Positions 40,885 to 53,334 of a stretch of 64,000 nucleotides of DNA are shown in pieces. The position numbers and the translations under genes were made by a program. This stretch comes from Elsinoe ampelina (taxonomy: Eukaryota). The notes beneath the pieces are model-generated. The model was not told where the DNA came from. It saw only the letters and a program-made list of their open reading frames with translations, and did no database searches. Position 1 is the stretch's first letter, and each line of letters opens with the position of its first letter. The stretch is from positions 1,113,868 to 1,177,867 of the forward strand of contig ML992507.1 in the NCBI GenBank assembly GCA_010093995.1. The letters run 5' to 3'.

Positions 40885-43800
40885 AACAGTAGTACTAACA
40901 CCTTTTTAGACGAATTGAGGCTCTATACCAACAACCAGCTATCACGACAGTAGCAATATCAAAATTTGGCCAAGATTGCCTAGAAGGTACGTCGGCCGCT
41001 AGCTATTTTGGTGAGGCTAAAGTATGATCGAGGCGGCCGCTAAAAACGCCAGACGATCCTCTGCTGCAGAGGTCCATCGGCAAATGGAGAGTGAGAGCTC
41101 CACTTTTGCTGCTCGTCGAACGGCGGGAGAAGGAAGCAAAAGCAAAATTGTGGCAGGTTCGCTCGCTCTGGCTCGGTGAGCTTGACCCGATCTCCTTTTC
41201 TCATCCCTTGTGGCTGCTCGGACGCCAGATGCGAGCGTTTCTCTTCTCTCCTGACCAAAAGCCACGAGGAATCTCATGCGTCCCCAAGCAGCGGTTCGGA
41301 AAAGGCAAGCCGCTCCCGTAGCCTCGCACTTGTCGTACCTGACCAATGGGACAGGAACGGAGCAAAGCAGACCAATGAGTGATGACGATGGTCAGGCACA
41401 AGGGACAAGCGCGAGATGAAGCAGGTCCGAAAACAGGATTTTGTGGTAGCTCTAGCGCGTGGACGCGCCCCTCGACTGCAGCCCATTTGTCGTGCATGTC
41501 TTGTCGTGTGTTTCTCATCGATTTGACATGCTTTGCTCCTTTTCCCGAGCCTGTCTCGCTAGTCCATGTGCAGCCGGGACAACCACAGTGTTTGTCTACA
41601 CTTTTGAAGGTTTGGACGGTCTGGTGATATCGCACGGAAATGTCCAAGGACCCTGGCGCAAATTGACACGGAGGGAGAGATGCACATCGCACGGTCTGCC
41701 ATGGGGCAGCAGCAGAGCATGACCAGGGTCTCAGAGTGTCATTTCCTCCATTTCTTGAGCGCGTCGTCAAGTGGTTGAGTTGCGGGATTATCCACAAGTG
41801 GGCCTGAGGTCTTGACAGCCGCCTGGGATGATCCTCTCGAGGGTGCTACCCAAACACAGGCACGCACAACCCAAGGTTAATCGCGGCCGCTGCTGCATGC
41901 GCCGTGATATGCACACTGCAGGACCATACGGTACGCCAACGGCAATCCACACTGTCGGGAGAGCAAAAGCAAGCAGGCAAACGACACGGAAAAAGCTCCA
42001 ACAGAAGACTCGCGTCGAAACAAAACAACGTGACAGACAAGAGATGAAAATGAGGCGATCAATTTGAGAGACGAAACCACACGGTTGTTGCGCGAGAAAC
42101 CAAAGCTCGCTAAGTTATCATGTCCAATAGTGCCCAATGAGAAGATTGACCACGTAGATGCCCTCCTGCAAAATGGGAGACAGCGCATTCACCGTCTTGA
42201 TTGACTCATTATTTATGCAAAGATGCCAGAATGTGATGTGCTGTGTTCTAGTAGTCCTGGTGATGAAAAGTGTGTCGACCTGTGATAGGTATACCCTCCG
42301 TCAATAAACCAGGTACCATCGACCGAGGCAGGCTATCGTCAGCCATCAGCCATCACATCATGAACAGCAAAAGTACAGTAACATACTTCGTCTCTCGTAC
42401 CTTGATCAGTAAAGGCGTGTCCCTTATTATCCGGGCCCTGGCTAGCCTGGAATAGCACCACCACAAGTCCGAAACCAACGCACGGTTCGTCACTACTGGC
42501 AATCTTTCTTCCACGCTGCCTGGCTTCTCTGCTAAACCGTACTGTAATCACCCCTGCGAGTCAAGCGATTGTTGGCATCTGTCGTCGTCTCTGGTGGCTT
42601 GTCTCGCCGACTGCCATCCCATCCCCATCGAATCCCTCGATTGCGACTCCCGACCGCAGCTTGCAATTCTCACAATTTTTTTGCAAACACTTTCGTTTCC
42701 ACACCACACCACAACCGACACCACAACCGCAAACCCATCAACAAACGTCTCCGACCCATCATACGTCAAGTGCGACACCAAATATCCCAGGATCGTCCCA
42801 GGGGATCCCAAGTCCGACTGCAGTTTACTGGGCGCCGTCGCATCATCGCCATCCCCTCCGACCGCATACAGGCCTTTGCTCAACGTCTTCGCCCTCCCTC
42901 CCGGCCCCGATCGACTCGTGCGCCCTCACCCGTACAGGCTCGCCCTCGTGGAAGTGGAGTGGAGCTGGATGCCAGACCCCTGAGCCCATAGGTTCGTCAT
43001 CAAAGGCAAAAAAAGGACATTTGCGCACTGCTCTTCGAGTGTCGCTGCACCGTCTCTGCCGCTCCCTCGCATCCTCCACCCGAACACATGCCATCTTCAC
43101 TACGCCACACCCATCTCAATTTCACTGTCCACGGATCCTGTCAATCTTTAACCTCGACCACGTCCCTCACCTCCTATCCTGTCGATCCATCTTATCAATA
43201 GCTTCGCTCATCTCAACACTGGATCCCAAAGGCCCGAGCTCGATTAACCCGACTGTCAACTTCCGTCAACTTCCCGCATCTCACATCTTTCGGCCCGTAC
43301 ATGCAATAACCGATCGACAATCAATATTGTATGGACTTGGTTCTGTCAAAAGGCTTCGTGCCTCTTTCAGTCTTCTCTCTGAGCAGCACCGTTGTGTCGA
43401 ATTGACCTGTACTCTCCTGCCAGATACAGAACGACTCTGGACCTCGTTTACGCCCGGAGTAGTCCTTCCATCGCCCTGTCGAGACGTCTACGGTGATAAA
43501 CTCACGGCTTGAACGAAACACATCCACTCGCTATCGATTGTCAATTGTAACGTTGACTATCCGGATAATCGATCCACCCGTTCTCGAACCCTCCGATTAG
43601 CCAATATCGCTACCAGCCACGGTCTTCACGCTTCTCCTCAAGAACCTCAACCAAAGCTCACCTACATCAAACGTCTTTTTGGCAACGGCTTTTCTTCACG
43701 GAACTCGCTTCCCCGTCGATGCACGCCCCATTATCCTCGTAATCAAGATTCCCCTGGAGCCAGTTGCTAGGTTTTTGCTCGACCGACTACCACATTCGTT

Positions 43801-44188
43801 CATCAAGCAAACAACGATCGATATCACTCTTTTCATACACACTATACGACACTCATCAATAAGCCTTTCACTGTACTTTTACCGATCTCCGTACGAACGT
43901 TTTCCGTACGAGTCCGCCGCTCAGAAACCGTCGACCCGTTCTACACAACGGTCTAGACTGATAATCCTAATCCACGCATCACCGAGAATCCTTCACACGC
44001 TATCTTCTCACGCGTCTGCTCTATCGACAAGCTTTTCTTCCTACACTAGCACGATCACTTGACTGTAGATCTGCAAGGAAACCACTAGTGAGTAAATCAA
44101 TTGCCATCAATGTGGCAGTTTTGACCTGTCCACAGAATGCAATAGAGAAGACGCAGGACTCGTCAATTCCATCCACACAGTCGACGCA

Positions 44189-46613
44189 ATGGCCGTCGCC
44201 GTCGAATCCTCCTTCCGAGGCTGGTCTTCGCACCACCACAATCACACTTCCAACCCGGCCATCACACTAGAGGACAAGTACGAGATTGTAAAGGAGATTG
44301 GAGATGGAAGCTTTGGCAGTGTGTGCCTTGGTCGAACCCGGAGCGCTGGCGCTACCGTAGTTCGGAGGAACACCATGGTTGGTGGGATGAAACTAGCTTG
44401 AAATGATATACTGACATACACAGGTCGCAATCAAGACCATGAAGAAGACTTTCGACAACTTTGCCCAGTGCTTGGAGCTTCGTGAGGTCATCTTTCTCAA
44501 ATCTCTTCCAGCACATCAGCATCTCATCCCTGCTTACGACATCTTCCTCGACCCTCTCTCCCGAAAGCTTCACATCTCGATGGAATACATGGATGGCAAT
44601 CTATACCAATTGATGAAATCAAGGGACCACAAGCCACTCGATGGAGCGAGCGTCAAGAGCATTCTTTACCAGATATTGTCTGGTCTGGAACACATCCACG
44701 AGCACGACTTTTTCCATAGAGACATCAAGCCTGAGAACATTCTGGTCACGTCATCATCACCAGACTCGAGCAATGCTTTCAAGAGATATTCATCGCTCAT
44801 GACTCCTCCATCGACACCTCCAACTTACTCGATCAAGCTTGCCGACTTTGGCCTGGCTCGTGAGACGCATTCACGAACACCATACACCACCTACGTTTCT
44901 ACCAGATGGTATCGTGCACCAGAGGTACTTCTCCGCGCCGGCGAATACTCGGCTCCCGTCGACATCTGGGCCCTTGGTGCCATGGCTGTCGAAATTGCTA
45001 CATTGAAGCCACTCTTCCCCGGTGCAAACGAGGTCGACCAAGTCTGGAGAGTCTGTGAGATAATGGGCAGTCCAGGTTTGTGGGTCAACAAGCATGGTCA
45101 GAGGGTTGGTGGCGGTGAATGGAAGGAGGGTGTCAAGCTTGCTTCCAAACTTGGCTTTTCGTTTCCGAAGATGGCTCCTCACTCTTTGACCACTGTCATG
45201 CCACCATCTCAGTGGCCTGCCAGCCTTGTTGAGTTCGTCACTTGGTGTCTAATGTGGGATCCTAAGGCACGACCAACATCGACCCAAGCTATGGCCCACG
45301 AGTACTTCATTGACGCCGTCGATCCACTCCGGCCCAAGTCGTCGTCGACATCGAGACTCCTCGGACGGAAGCACACTGAGCAACCAGATTCTCCTCACAG
45401 CCTCAGCACTAAGACCTCCTCATGGTTCAGACGCTCACTTGGTCCACGCGAGTTCGGCACTCCCATCACCTCTGAACAGAGCACTCCTGTCCAGCCTCTC
45501 GCTGTTCGGCCGTCGCCAGCACAGGCAGTCTCGGATCATCCTATTCCTACCACCAAGCACAAGCCAGCTGTCAGTAAACGAGCCAGCTGGACTCATGGGC
45601 CTTCCTCCAACGCAGCACCAATTCCAATTCTGCCTTCCATCCGACCCGTCTCACCTCTTCCCGATGCTGCGACTGCTCAGGCCACTTCGAATCCATCCAC
45701 CAATCAAGAACGACCAAGCAAGAAACTTGGCAGGCAGTTGTCTGTCAACTCAAGCAACAACCACTATGCGGACTACCACCGGCAAGAAGCTGAAAAGGCC
45801 CTTACCGGTGCTTCTGGCCTCGCGTCGCCGTCAAGTACAAAAGAGAGCTTCTTCTCACATCTCCGCAAGAGAGCTCGTCGCTTCTCAGGAAAGTATGGTG
45901 CACCGGTCTCACCGCCAGCCGATGAAACAAACTACGGATATGCAACTGCTTCTAACCGTACTTCGATGGTGGTCGATTCGCAGACACCAGAGTACGATCC
46001 GGCCAGTCCTTCCAAGGACTCTGGCTTCGCTGAACTCGACAAGGTGCTCAACAACGTTAGATATAGCCTTGAAACTGGCAAAGGTCCCGAAGTGCCACCC
46101 AAGCAGCCTCACCGGACTTCTAGCTTCAACTCGCTTCGACGACTCGGCTCATTGCACAAGACGACTGAGCAACAAGCAGATCCTGGTGCATCAATGGCAC
46201 GGACTCGTCGTTCGGTGAGGTACGCACTCCGACAGGAGAAGCGATACGATATCCCGGATGAGGAAGACGAGCTTCTCGACGAAGCACTCAACTCCGCCGA
46301 AAAGATTTCACGGACTCTGGACCGGACTGCACAGATTGAGGCTGCCAAACACAGCAGGCCGGCACCTCAAAGCTATGTGTCTGCTCCGGCTCAGGTCTCA
46401 AACCCTTACCTGACACCATCACCGTCCAAGGAGAACAATGCAATCGACTTTGGACAGCTTGACAGCGTCGCTCCTTCCAAGCCTGTCGACATCAAGCGGA
46501 CCCCTGCAAAGACAAACGCCAACGCGCAGTGGCCCACACCTCCCTATGAGGAGAACGACTGGGCTGCGGCGGCTGCGGCAAGCATCTATGCTGCTCAGGC
46601 AACTCACCGATAA
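44189..46613 (+). CDS. IME2: Ime2/Crk1-family Ser/Thr kinase; exons 44189-44377, 44424-46613
   Basis: GDGSFGSV, VAIK, HRDIKPEN, DFG and TTYVSTRWYRAPE (TxY loop); GT..CTGAC..CAG intron; long Ser/Pro-rich C-terminal tail. Confidence 0.93.
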
Positions 46614-47652
46614 CCAAAAGCACTCATTATCATTTCCTTATCTCTACCAACAAAATTTTGCATTTCTTCTGGAGCATTGGCATACATCCAAGAATCATAG
46701 ACTGGGAATCTAGCGTGATCAAAAAGGGTTCCGGCGTTCTCCAGCGATATACAGCAATCGCCTGCTTTTCATCTCCTTGCACTCATCAGATGCTCGCGCC
46801 GATGGCAGATGTACGTCACGGAGTCACCAAAACGATGAGGTCTACAGAACACTCACATAGACTGGACGTTCGAACGATCCTCATCCACGAAATTGGTTTC
46901 GACTCCACGGCGTCTCTGGCAGGAGTTCAGGGAGTCCACACAGGACCAAGCATTTCCTACATGTATCTCAACACCAACCATCTACACCGGGCACCACAAT
47001 TTTCGGCAAAACATTTCCTATCTCACAATATCATACAAGGCGCCGAGCGACTTGCGTCACCATTTACTTTGCGTTCCGACCACACTTGATCTGGTCATCA
47101 AGATACCATTTGCTCCTTGAAGAAAGAGGCTTTGCGATATATTCTTATTTCCTTGTCTGGGAGAGACGGGAGGGAGGTTTTCTAAAAGAAATGGATAAGG
47201 ATGGAAGGGAAGATAAGGGAGGATACTGGGAGGAAAAGATTGTATATAGCGAACCGCCCTCGAAAGGCTGGATTGCATTTCCTTACCCAAGAATCGTTCA
47301 CTGCAATGGTGCACCGTGACGTGTATGTCTTGTACGTGCTGGGCATGACGGCGCTATTGCTAGGAAATCGTGTAAGCCACAAGCTGGCAGGACTGTAACA
47401 TTCGTGGATTCCTTCGCTAGAAATTATGTACAGCTCGTCTATAGACCATGCCATGCCGTGAGCTAGCCATTGCCTTCCCTGCCTCCTCCGTGTCCCATAT
47501 CGTAGACCTCTTTCACACCCATCTCCCTCACCTACCCTCCCTTCTTCCACCACCTTCGCCCTTCCACCCCGAACATCCTCTGCTCCTTTCCCCCAGCCAT
47601 CCATCCTGCACCACTCTCCCACCGCTTACCCCTCCCCTCCTCGTGAAGCCCC

Positions 47653-48856
47653 TCAATCCTCCCCCCCATCCCTCTGCCCCAACCACATCCTTCCCCCCTC
47701 GTACGTCCCCAGGTACAACCCACTCCCCAACATCGTCCACACGGCCCTCAACGCGCCTCCGCGAAAGAGTCCCTTGACGCCTTTCTCAGCCATAATCTCC
47801 CGCGCAATATCCAAGCTACCTTTACGGCTCGGGGGCTTGGCGACATTGGCCGCCGCGGCTTTGACTTTTTCGCCGAGAGCGTTGAGGGTGGGGGATTTCT
47901 GGTTGGAGGAGGGCGGGGACGAGGAGGAAGAGGAAGAGGAGGTGGAAGGGGAGGAGGAAGAGGAAGGGGGAGGTTTCGATGCTGCTTCCGCGGCGCCCTC
48001 GGCTGCTGCTAGCATGATCCGTGTTTTTACCACGTCCACGGGGGTGGTGACGACTGCTGCTAGTGACCCGGCTAGACCGGCGGATATGGCGGTGATGGTC
48101 CCCGCTTCGAGGATGGAGCCGGAGAGGTTACCTTGGGCGTCCCTGCGCTCACGGAGGTGGTGCTTTAGGCGCTCGAACAGGGGGAATTGCAGGGCTGTGA
48201 AGGGGAGGTTGCGTCCTGCTAGTGCGGTGTAGCCGCGCCAGAGAGCGAGGGGGTTGGAGCGGAAGCGGGAGATTGTTTGGAGGGTCGCGGAGGTGGAGGA
48301 CGGGGTGGAGACCATTTGGGCGTTTTGTTTGATTACTTCTGCCGGGGTGAGGATGGCGCACGAGACGAGCTCGGCGAGGGAGGAGGCGGTGGCGTGGATG
48401 AGGGGTTCGGGGAGGAGGGGCGTGGTGGAGAGGAGGTGTTTGGTGCCTTCGTAGGTGGTGAAGAAGGCGCCGGCTGAAGGAGAGGGTTAGTGTTTGGAAT
48501 GTGAGTGGGGATAGGGGAGGGGGGTTACATGAGGGTAGAGTGGCTATAATGACGCTTCCCAGTCCTTGGTAGAGGCCGCGAAAGAGAGCGGCCTTGTTGA
48601 CCGTGTTGGTTCCAGCATTGAGGAAGAGATTCTTGTATTCAGGACTCTGAATCCGGGTTTTGAGTGTGTCTAGTGGGTACACGAGGAGGTCGACTGAGAA
48701 AGCGGCGAATGCTCCGGCCTGTGTTGGGTTAGCAAGATGTTTGCAGTGAAGCAACGAATAGTAGCAAATTCGACCGAAACCACGCTTGCTGTTATTGACT
48801 GAGCACAAAGATATATCACTTACTATCCAGATATCACGATTCGTGTTTTTGGACAT
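47653..48856 (-). CDS. PET8: Mitochondrial carrier protein, PET8/SAM5-like (SAM carrier); exons 48856-48824, 48718-48529, 48473-47653
   Basis: Carrier signatures PLDTLKTRIQ, PAEVIKQNAQ and PVDVVKTRI; two canonical introns with CTAAC branch sites. Substrate assignment is inferred. Confidence 0.85.
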
Positions 48857-49770
48857 TGAAACTTACATTACGAAGGACAGGCACGAACTGGAAGATTTGT
48901 GTGCCATCCATTGCAGTGTCGTCATGACGTTCGGTGGAAGTTTTGACTTTGAACGACACAACCACAATTCACCATCCTTCCATCAACTACCCTTCTGCCC
49001 AGGCACAATTATAGTCGTCTTCCATCCTCTATCGCTCGAGCATCCTACGTGGAAGCCTGAGAGTCGATTTCGCTCGATTTTGATACCCCGTCACCTTGCA
49101 TGCCCCAATTGATTACATGTTTGCTCGTCTTGTGCTCCGGCTCCTAACATCCTCATTGTCTGGTTCATCACCATTTAGTATCCGATCACATCGGCGAGAT
49201 ACTTCGTTCGCCACGTCTGAAGTTGGGCCGACCGAAACTGAAGTGATGGACAGCAGCGTGCCACGTGAGAAATTTATCCCGAGTGATAGATGCAAGCAAC
49301 CCAACTTGCCAGCCCAATGGAGTACAGAGGCAATAGTTTCATCCTTCATGTCGATCTTCGAGCCTCTGATAGCAACTGGGACAAACATAAGAAAGGCAAG
49401 AGCTCTCCCATATCTCTTTCTTCGATGTAAACAGTGATCGCCACGACCTCACCTTGCTCAGTACTTATCAAGCTTTCCACTTCAGGCCCTCACCAGTGCT
49501 CAGGTCTTAGATGTCCACCGTCTAACTCTAGTGAATTCATATCGAAGTGATCTTCCCGGCTCTTGCCCTTGTTTGCCGTCGACAGCCGTCGTTGTGACGT
49601 GGTTATTTCCTCTTCTGGCTTCACTCGCACAGACCCGCACAGCGACGACGAATCTGAGAGCTTCTCCCGTCTTCTTCACCCCAAACACGACTCAAAACAC
49701 GACGGACGATATCCTCACATCCACCGCTACACGTACAAGACCGCAATTCCAGCACAGCGCTCGGCCAACA

Positions 49771-51719
49771 ATGCCGCTCACCTATTTCGAGCGCCGACGT
49801 GACCCTCCTCACCAGGAGACACGTAACGCAACTCCACCTCAAGCTCAGACTCAGACCTCACTGGGTCACACCGGAAGTGCTTGGGCCCCCGCAAGCAGTG
49901 ATTCCTCAGCAGCTACCCGATCAAACACTCCCGCGGCAAGCAATGGTAGCGATAACACTGGGATGATGGCTAAATTTCATGCTAACGCAAGAGGGGCAGG
50001 AGTTCGTGTGTCTGCTCCAGTAGTCCATGTCGCACAAAGCGAGCAGACTACGGGATGGGGTGCCTCTGCCGCCGCTACCAGTGCTACGCACTCTGAGCAG
50101 ACTACAGGGTGGGGAGTCTCCGAGGATCCGAGTCGCGGGAATCACGCCGACGACACCACTCCCGACATAAATGGCTTCAGCAGTAGCCAGACTGGACACC
50201 CGTTTGGCACTGCGATGGTGCCAACCAGCATAGTGGCCCCTTCAGAACATGCGAAGCCCATGCCTATGAAGAATGCTCGTTCAAAGACCGTGGAACCGTT
50301 CAATTTTGGTCCCGTGAACAAGCAAAAGAGTCGTTTCCTGCCACAACAGAGGACCCCATCGCCCAAGGTCAGATCAACTCCGTTTACACCTGGGAGCACC
50401 TGGCTGATCATAACCAGCAGATTCAGACTCCATCCGACTCTGCAGCTGATCCCGAGAAGACCCCTACTGCAATCAAAACGGAGGTACGTTGCAGTTTTGG
50501 CACGTGCATGACCGTCATCGACTGACACCGACACAGAGTCATGGTGCTTGGAGCAGCGCTGCAGGTTCGGGGACTGCATCTCGCACATCGTCTGACAGCC
50601 AGCCCACTCATGGACATATTGGCGACACTGTTGACTCTCTCACTCAGGCATCCAATGGTAATCAGCAGAACTCGGGGCTCTCATCCGATCAAGATCATGA
50701 GTCGGAGACGCCAGAGGTTCCTGAGGCGCCCAGAGCAGACCTCACCAGCTCGACTCCACAAGCGAACAGCGTCGTAGATGTAGTCGAGCTTATCGCTCGC
50801 TTCGGACAACTCAGCCAGGAGAGAGAAGCTGTGAGACGGGCTGTTTTCGCTGGTCTGAAAAGTCAGGACCCTAAGTTTGCTAGTCTCATCAGAAGTATGC
50901 TAGGCAGTGGCGGGCAGCAGCAGGTGAATGGCGAGAGTCCTGGCTCTGAAAATGGCCTGGACAACGCAACAAGCAACATGCAGCTATCCAGCACACCACC
51001 GACCAGTAGCACGTCCGTCACTGCGGAGCACCAGGTTGAAGACGTTCTCAACGAACAGGCCGAGGTGTATCGCCAGGGTCCAGGTCTTCATCTCGAAGGT
51101 TTCGCCAACAGAACCTCTTACCTCGATCGGGACGACCCGACTCATGCTAGCAATGGGAGTGCCTCCAACCACGTCAACACTCTCAACTATGACGACGACA
51201 ATACTCCATCCCCGAATCGTCCCGCCCAGGCAGGGAGTAGCTTCCAGGACGACCCCTGGGCAGCTTCCGAACAGATACCTGCACCAACCGTGGCTCGCCG
51301 TGGTATGTACATTCCGAGACCTGCTTGAAGCCGCTAACACACCATCAGGCACCATCCAGAGCATGCATGATCCTTCGCAAGCAAAGAATGGCAACACACC
51401 ACCTCGCAGCATCAAAAAAGAAGACGTCCTGCCCTTCTCTACCGGCTCTAACGCATTCGATGTCAAGATCAGAATCGGTATGTGATCTGAGTGTGGACGT
51501 GGGATTCAAAGCTAACCCATGGTAGATGGAGCACCCGCCTTCTCACTCCGCATCAGCGATAGTATGCTGATCATGCACGTCGTTCTCAACGCATGCAAGA
51601 AAGGCAACGCAACGCCGAACAAGCTCGAGCTGAGCGCCAGGGGAGAGGTCTTCAGCGTCAAATGGACGGTCTCAGACTGTCAACTCATGGCTGGCGACGA
51701 GCTCGACTTGGACCCCTGA
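49771..51719 (+). CDS. Low-complexity hypothetical protein with possible C-terminal ubiquitin/SUMO-like domain; introns ~50368-50419, 50484-50535, 51304-51348, 51478-51525
   Basis: ORF pieces linked by four GT..CTRAY..AG introns; final exons read FDVKIRIDGAPAFSLRI...LELSARGEVFSVKWTVSDCQLMAGDELDL. Confidence 0.7.
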
Positions 51720-52062
51720 AAGCATGGCAAGCTACCATGAGCCGTCGCCGACAACTTTGCCAGTCGAGCTTCGTCAATGCTGGGCTGCCCAATGCTCAAG
51801 CCACTGACCAGAGCATGTAAGGTATCAACAAGACAAGGAAGATCAAAGGAAGAAGCAACAGTCAGGTATTCTGCAGCAAGCCAAGGTTAAACAGCAGTCT
51901 AGCAAAATGAATGGAAGATGAAAAGTTCCAATTGACGGAAAGAGCAGATTTCGATTCGACTGAGCGAGGATATCATGCGAGCCTTGCACTACCAAAAGTG
52001 CTTTTTGTGCCCCCCTTCTCCGTTCCACAATCTGTTGTACAAACCACCTTTTTGACCCCCTC

Positions 52063-53334
52063 TCAGTATTTCTGTGTCGTCTTATCAAAGCTGTCCAACA
52101 CACTCGGCGCCACCTCGTCGCTCTTTCCCTTGCCCGCCCCTCCCTCTATCCGCTTCTGCTCTGCCTCCCCCTTGTCCAGCGTCCGTTGGCCCTCTCCCCC
52201 GCCCGATTGCCTCGCCATGCTCCGCGCCTGACTCTCGTTCACCTTACCATACACCGCCATAGCATTGGCAATCATTCCTCCCAGATCCCCCACGTTGCCA
52301 GGCACGACCACACTCGTCCCCTCCTTGGCGAGCTTGGAGAAGGCGTCGACGTATTTCTCCGCCACACTCAGGCTTACGGCCCCTTGCGCGCTCTCTCTTC
52401 CTTCCGCGATACTGCGGGCTACGGCATCGATGCCGGCGGCTGTGGCGCGGGCTTTCAGGAGGATGGCTTCGGCTTCTCCGCTCGCGGTGTTGATCTGTTC
52501 GCTGCGGAGCGCTTCACTGGCGAGGATGACGGATTGTTTCCTTCCTTCTGCGATGTTGATGGCGGATTGCCTCTGCCCTTCCGAGTCGAGGATCTCGGCG
52601 CGTTTCGAGCGTTCCGCGGTGACTTGTCTGTGCATTGCCTCTACTACGGGGCCCGGGGCGTGGATGTCCCGGATCTCGTATCGGAGGCAGGTGACGCCCC
52701 AGTCTTGGGCGGCTTCGTTGATGGCGGCGGTGATGTTGGCGTTGAGGTTGGCGCGTTCTTTCAGGACGTGGTCGAGGGTGAGTTGGCCGATTTCGGAACG
52801 CATGGTGGTTTGAGCGAGTTGAGAGATGGCGTATTCGGCGTCTTCTACGCCGTAGGAGGCTTTGTAGGGGTCGAAGACCCGGGTATAGAGGACGCCGTCG
52901 AGTTCGAGGGTGACATTGTCGGCGGTGATGGCAGATTGCGAGGGGATCTCGATGGCGGACTCTTTAAGGGATTTTACGTATGCGATGCGGTCGAGGATGG
53001 GTACTAGGACTGCAAGGCCGGGAGAGAGGATGCGGGAGAATTTGCCCATGCGTTCGACTATCCATGCTGTTTGCTGCGGGACAAACTTGATGACGGTGTT
53101 GGCGGGGAGGGAAGGTCGCTGGAAGTACGTCGAGGGGGAACCGCCTAGGCTGCTGCTGGCAGAGCGGAAGAGGGATTCGCCTGGTGATGGCAACTGTGAT
53201 GGTGGGGAGCTGTGAAAGTTTCGTTGCTGAATGAGGGCCGGGAGGGAGCGGAGGTGGCGGGATACTGGTAGATGTCGAGACTGTTGTGACACTCGAAGCA
53301 CAGAAGACTGTGCTATTGATCTTGAGAGCGCCAT
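52063..53334 (-). CDS. Mitochondrial stomatin-like protein (SLP-2/STOML2-type, SPFH/Band 7)
   Basis: FVPQQTAWIVERMGKF, QSAITADNV, AQTTMRSEIG, CLRYEIRDI, AERSKRAEIL; R/S-rich presequence from MALSRS. Confidence 0.93.
   Translation of the reverse strand: MALSRSIAQSSVLRVSQQSRHLPVSRHLRSLPALIQQRNFHSSPPSQLPSPGESLFRSASSSLGGSPSTYFQRPSLPANTVIKFVPQQTAWIVERMGKFSRILSPGLAVLVPILDRIAYVKSLKESAIEIPSQSAITADNVTLELDGVLYTRVFDPYKASYGVEDAEYAISQLAQTTMRSEIGQLTLDHVLKERANLNANITAAINEAAQDWGVTCLRYEIRDIHAPGPVVEAMHRQVTAERSKRAEILDSEGQRQSAINIAEGRKQSVILASEALRSEQINTASGEAEAILLKARATAAGIDAVARSIAEGRESAQGAVSLSVAEKYVDAFSKLAKEGTSVVVPGNVGDLGGMIANAMAVYGKVNESQARSMARQSGGGEGQRTLDKGEAEQKRIEGGAGKGKSDEVAPSVLDSFDKTTQKY

Larger units (their letters stand above)
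37748..41050 (-). mobile_element. PIF/Harbinger element B (~3.3 kb), opposite orientation to A
   Basis: Left end AGGTAGTTTTAGTAGCT (RIP form of AGGCGGTTTTAGC..); right end GCGGCCGCTAAAAACGCC; TSD imperfect (AGT/AGA); colinear inverted homology with element A. Confidence 0.8.

Noticed and set aside
10275..41016. One 30-kb element with >1-kb terminal inverted repeats
   Set aside because: The inverted similarity is two separate, diverged Harbinger elements, each with its own termini.
1..41050. Centromere
   Set aside because: AT-rich RIP blocks are common outside centromeres; this cannot be judged without CENH3 or Hi-C data.
41017..44062. Many overlapping 60-283 aa ORFs
   Set aside because: No domain signal, mostly non-ATG starts, mutually overlapping; typical of GC-balanced intergenic DNA.
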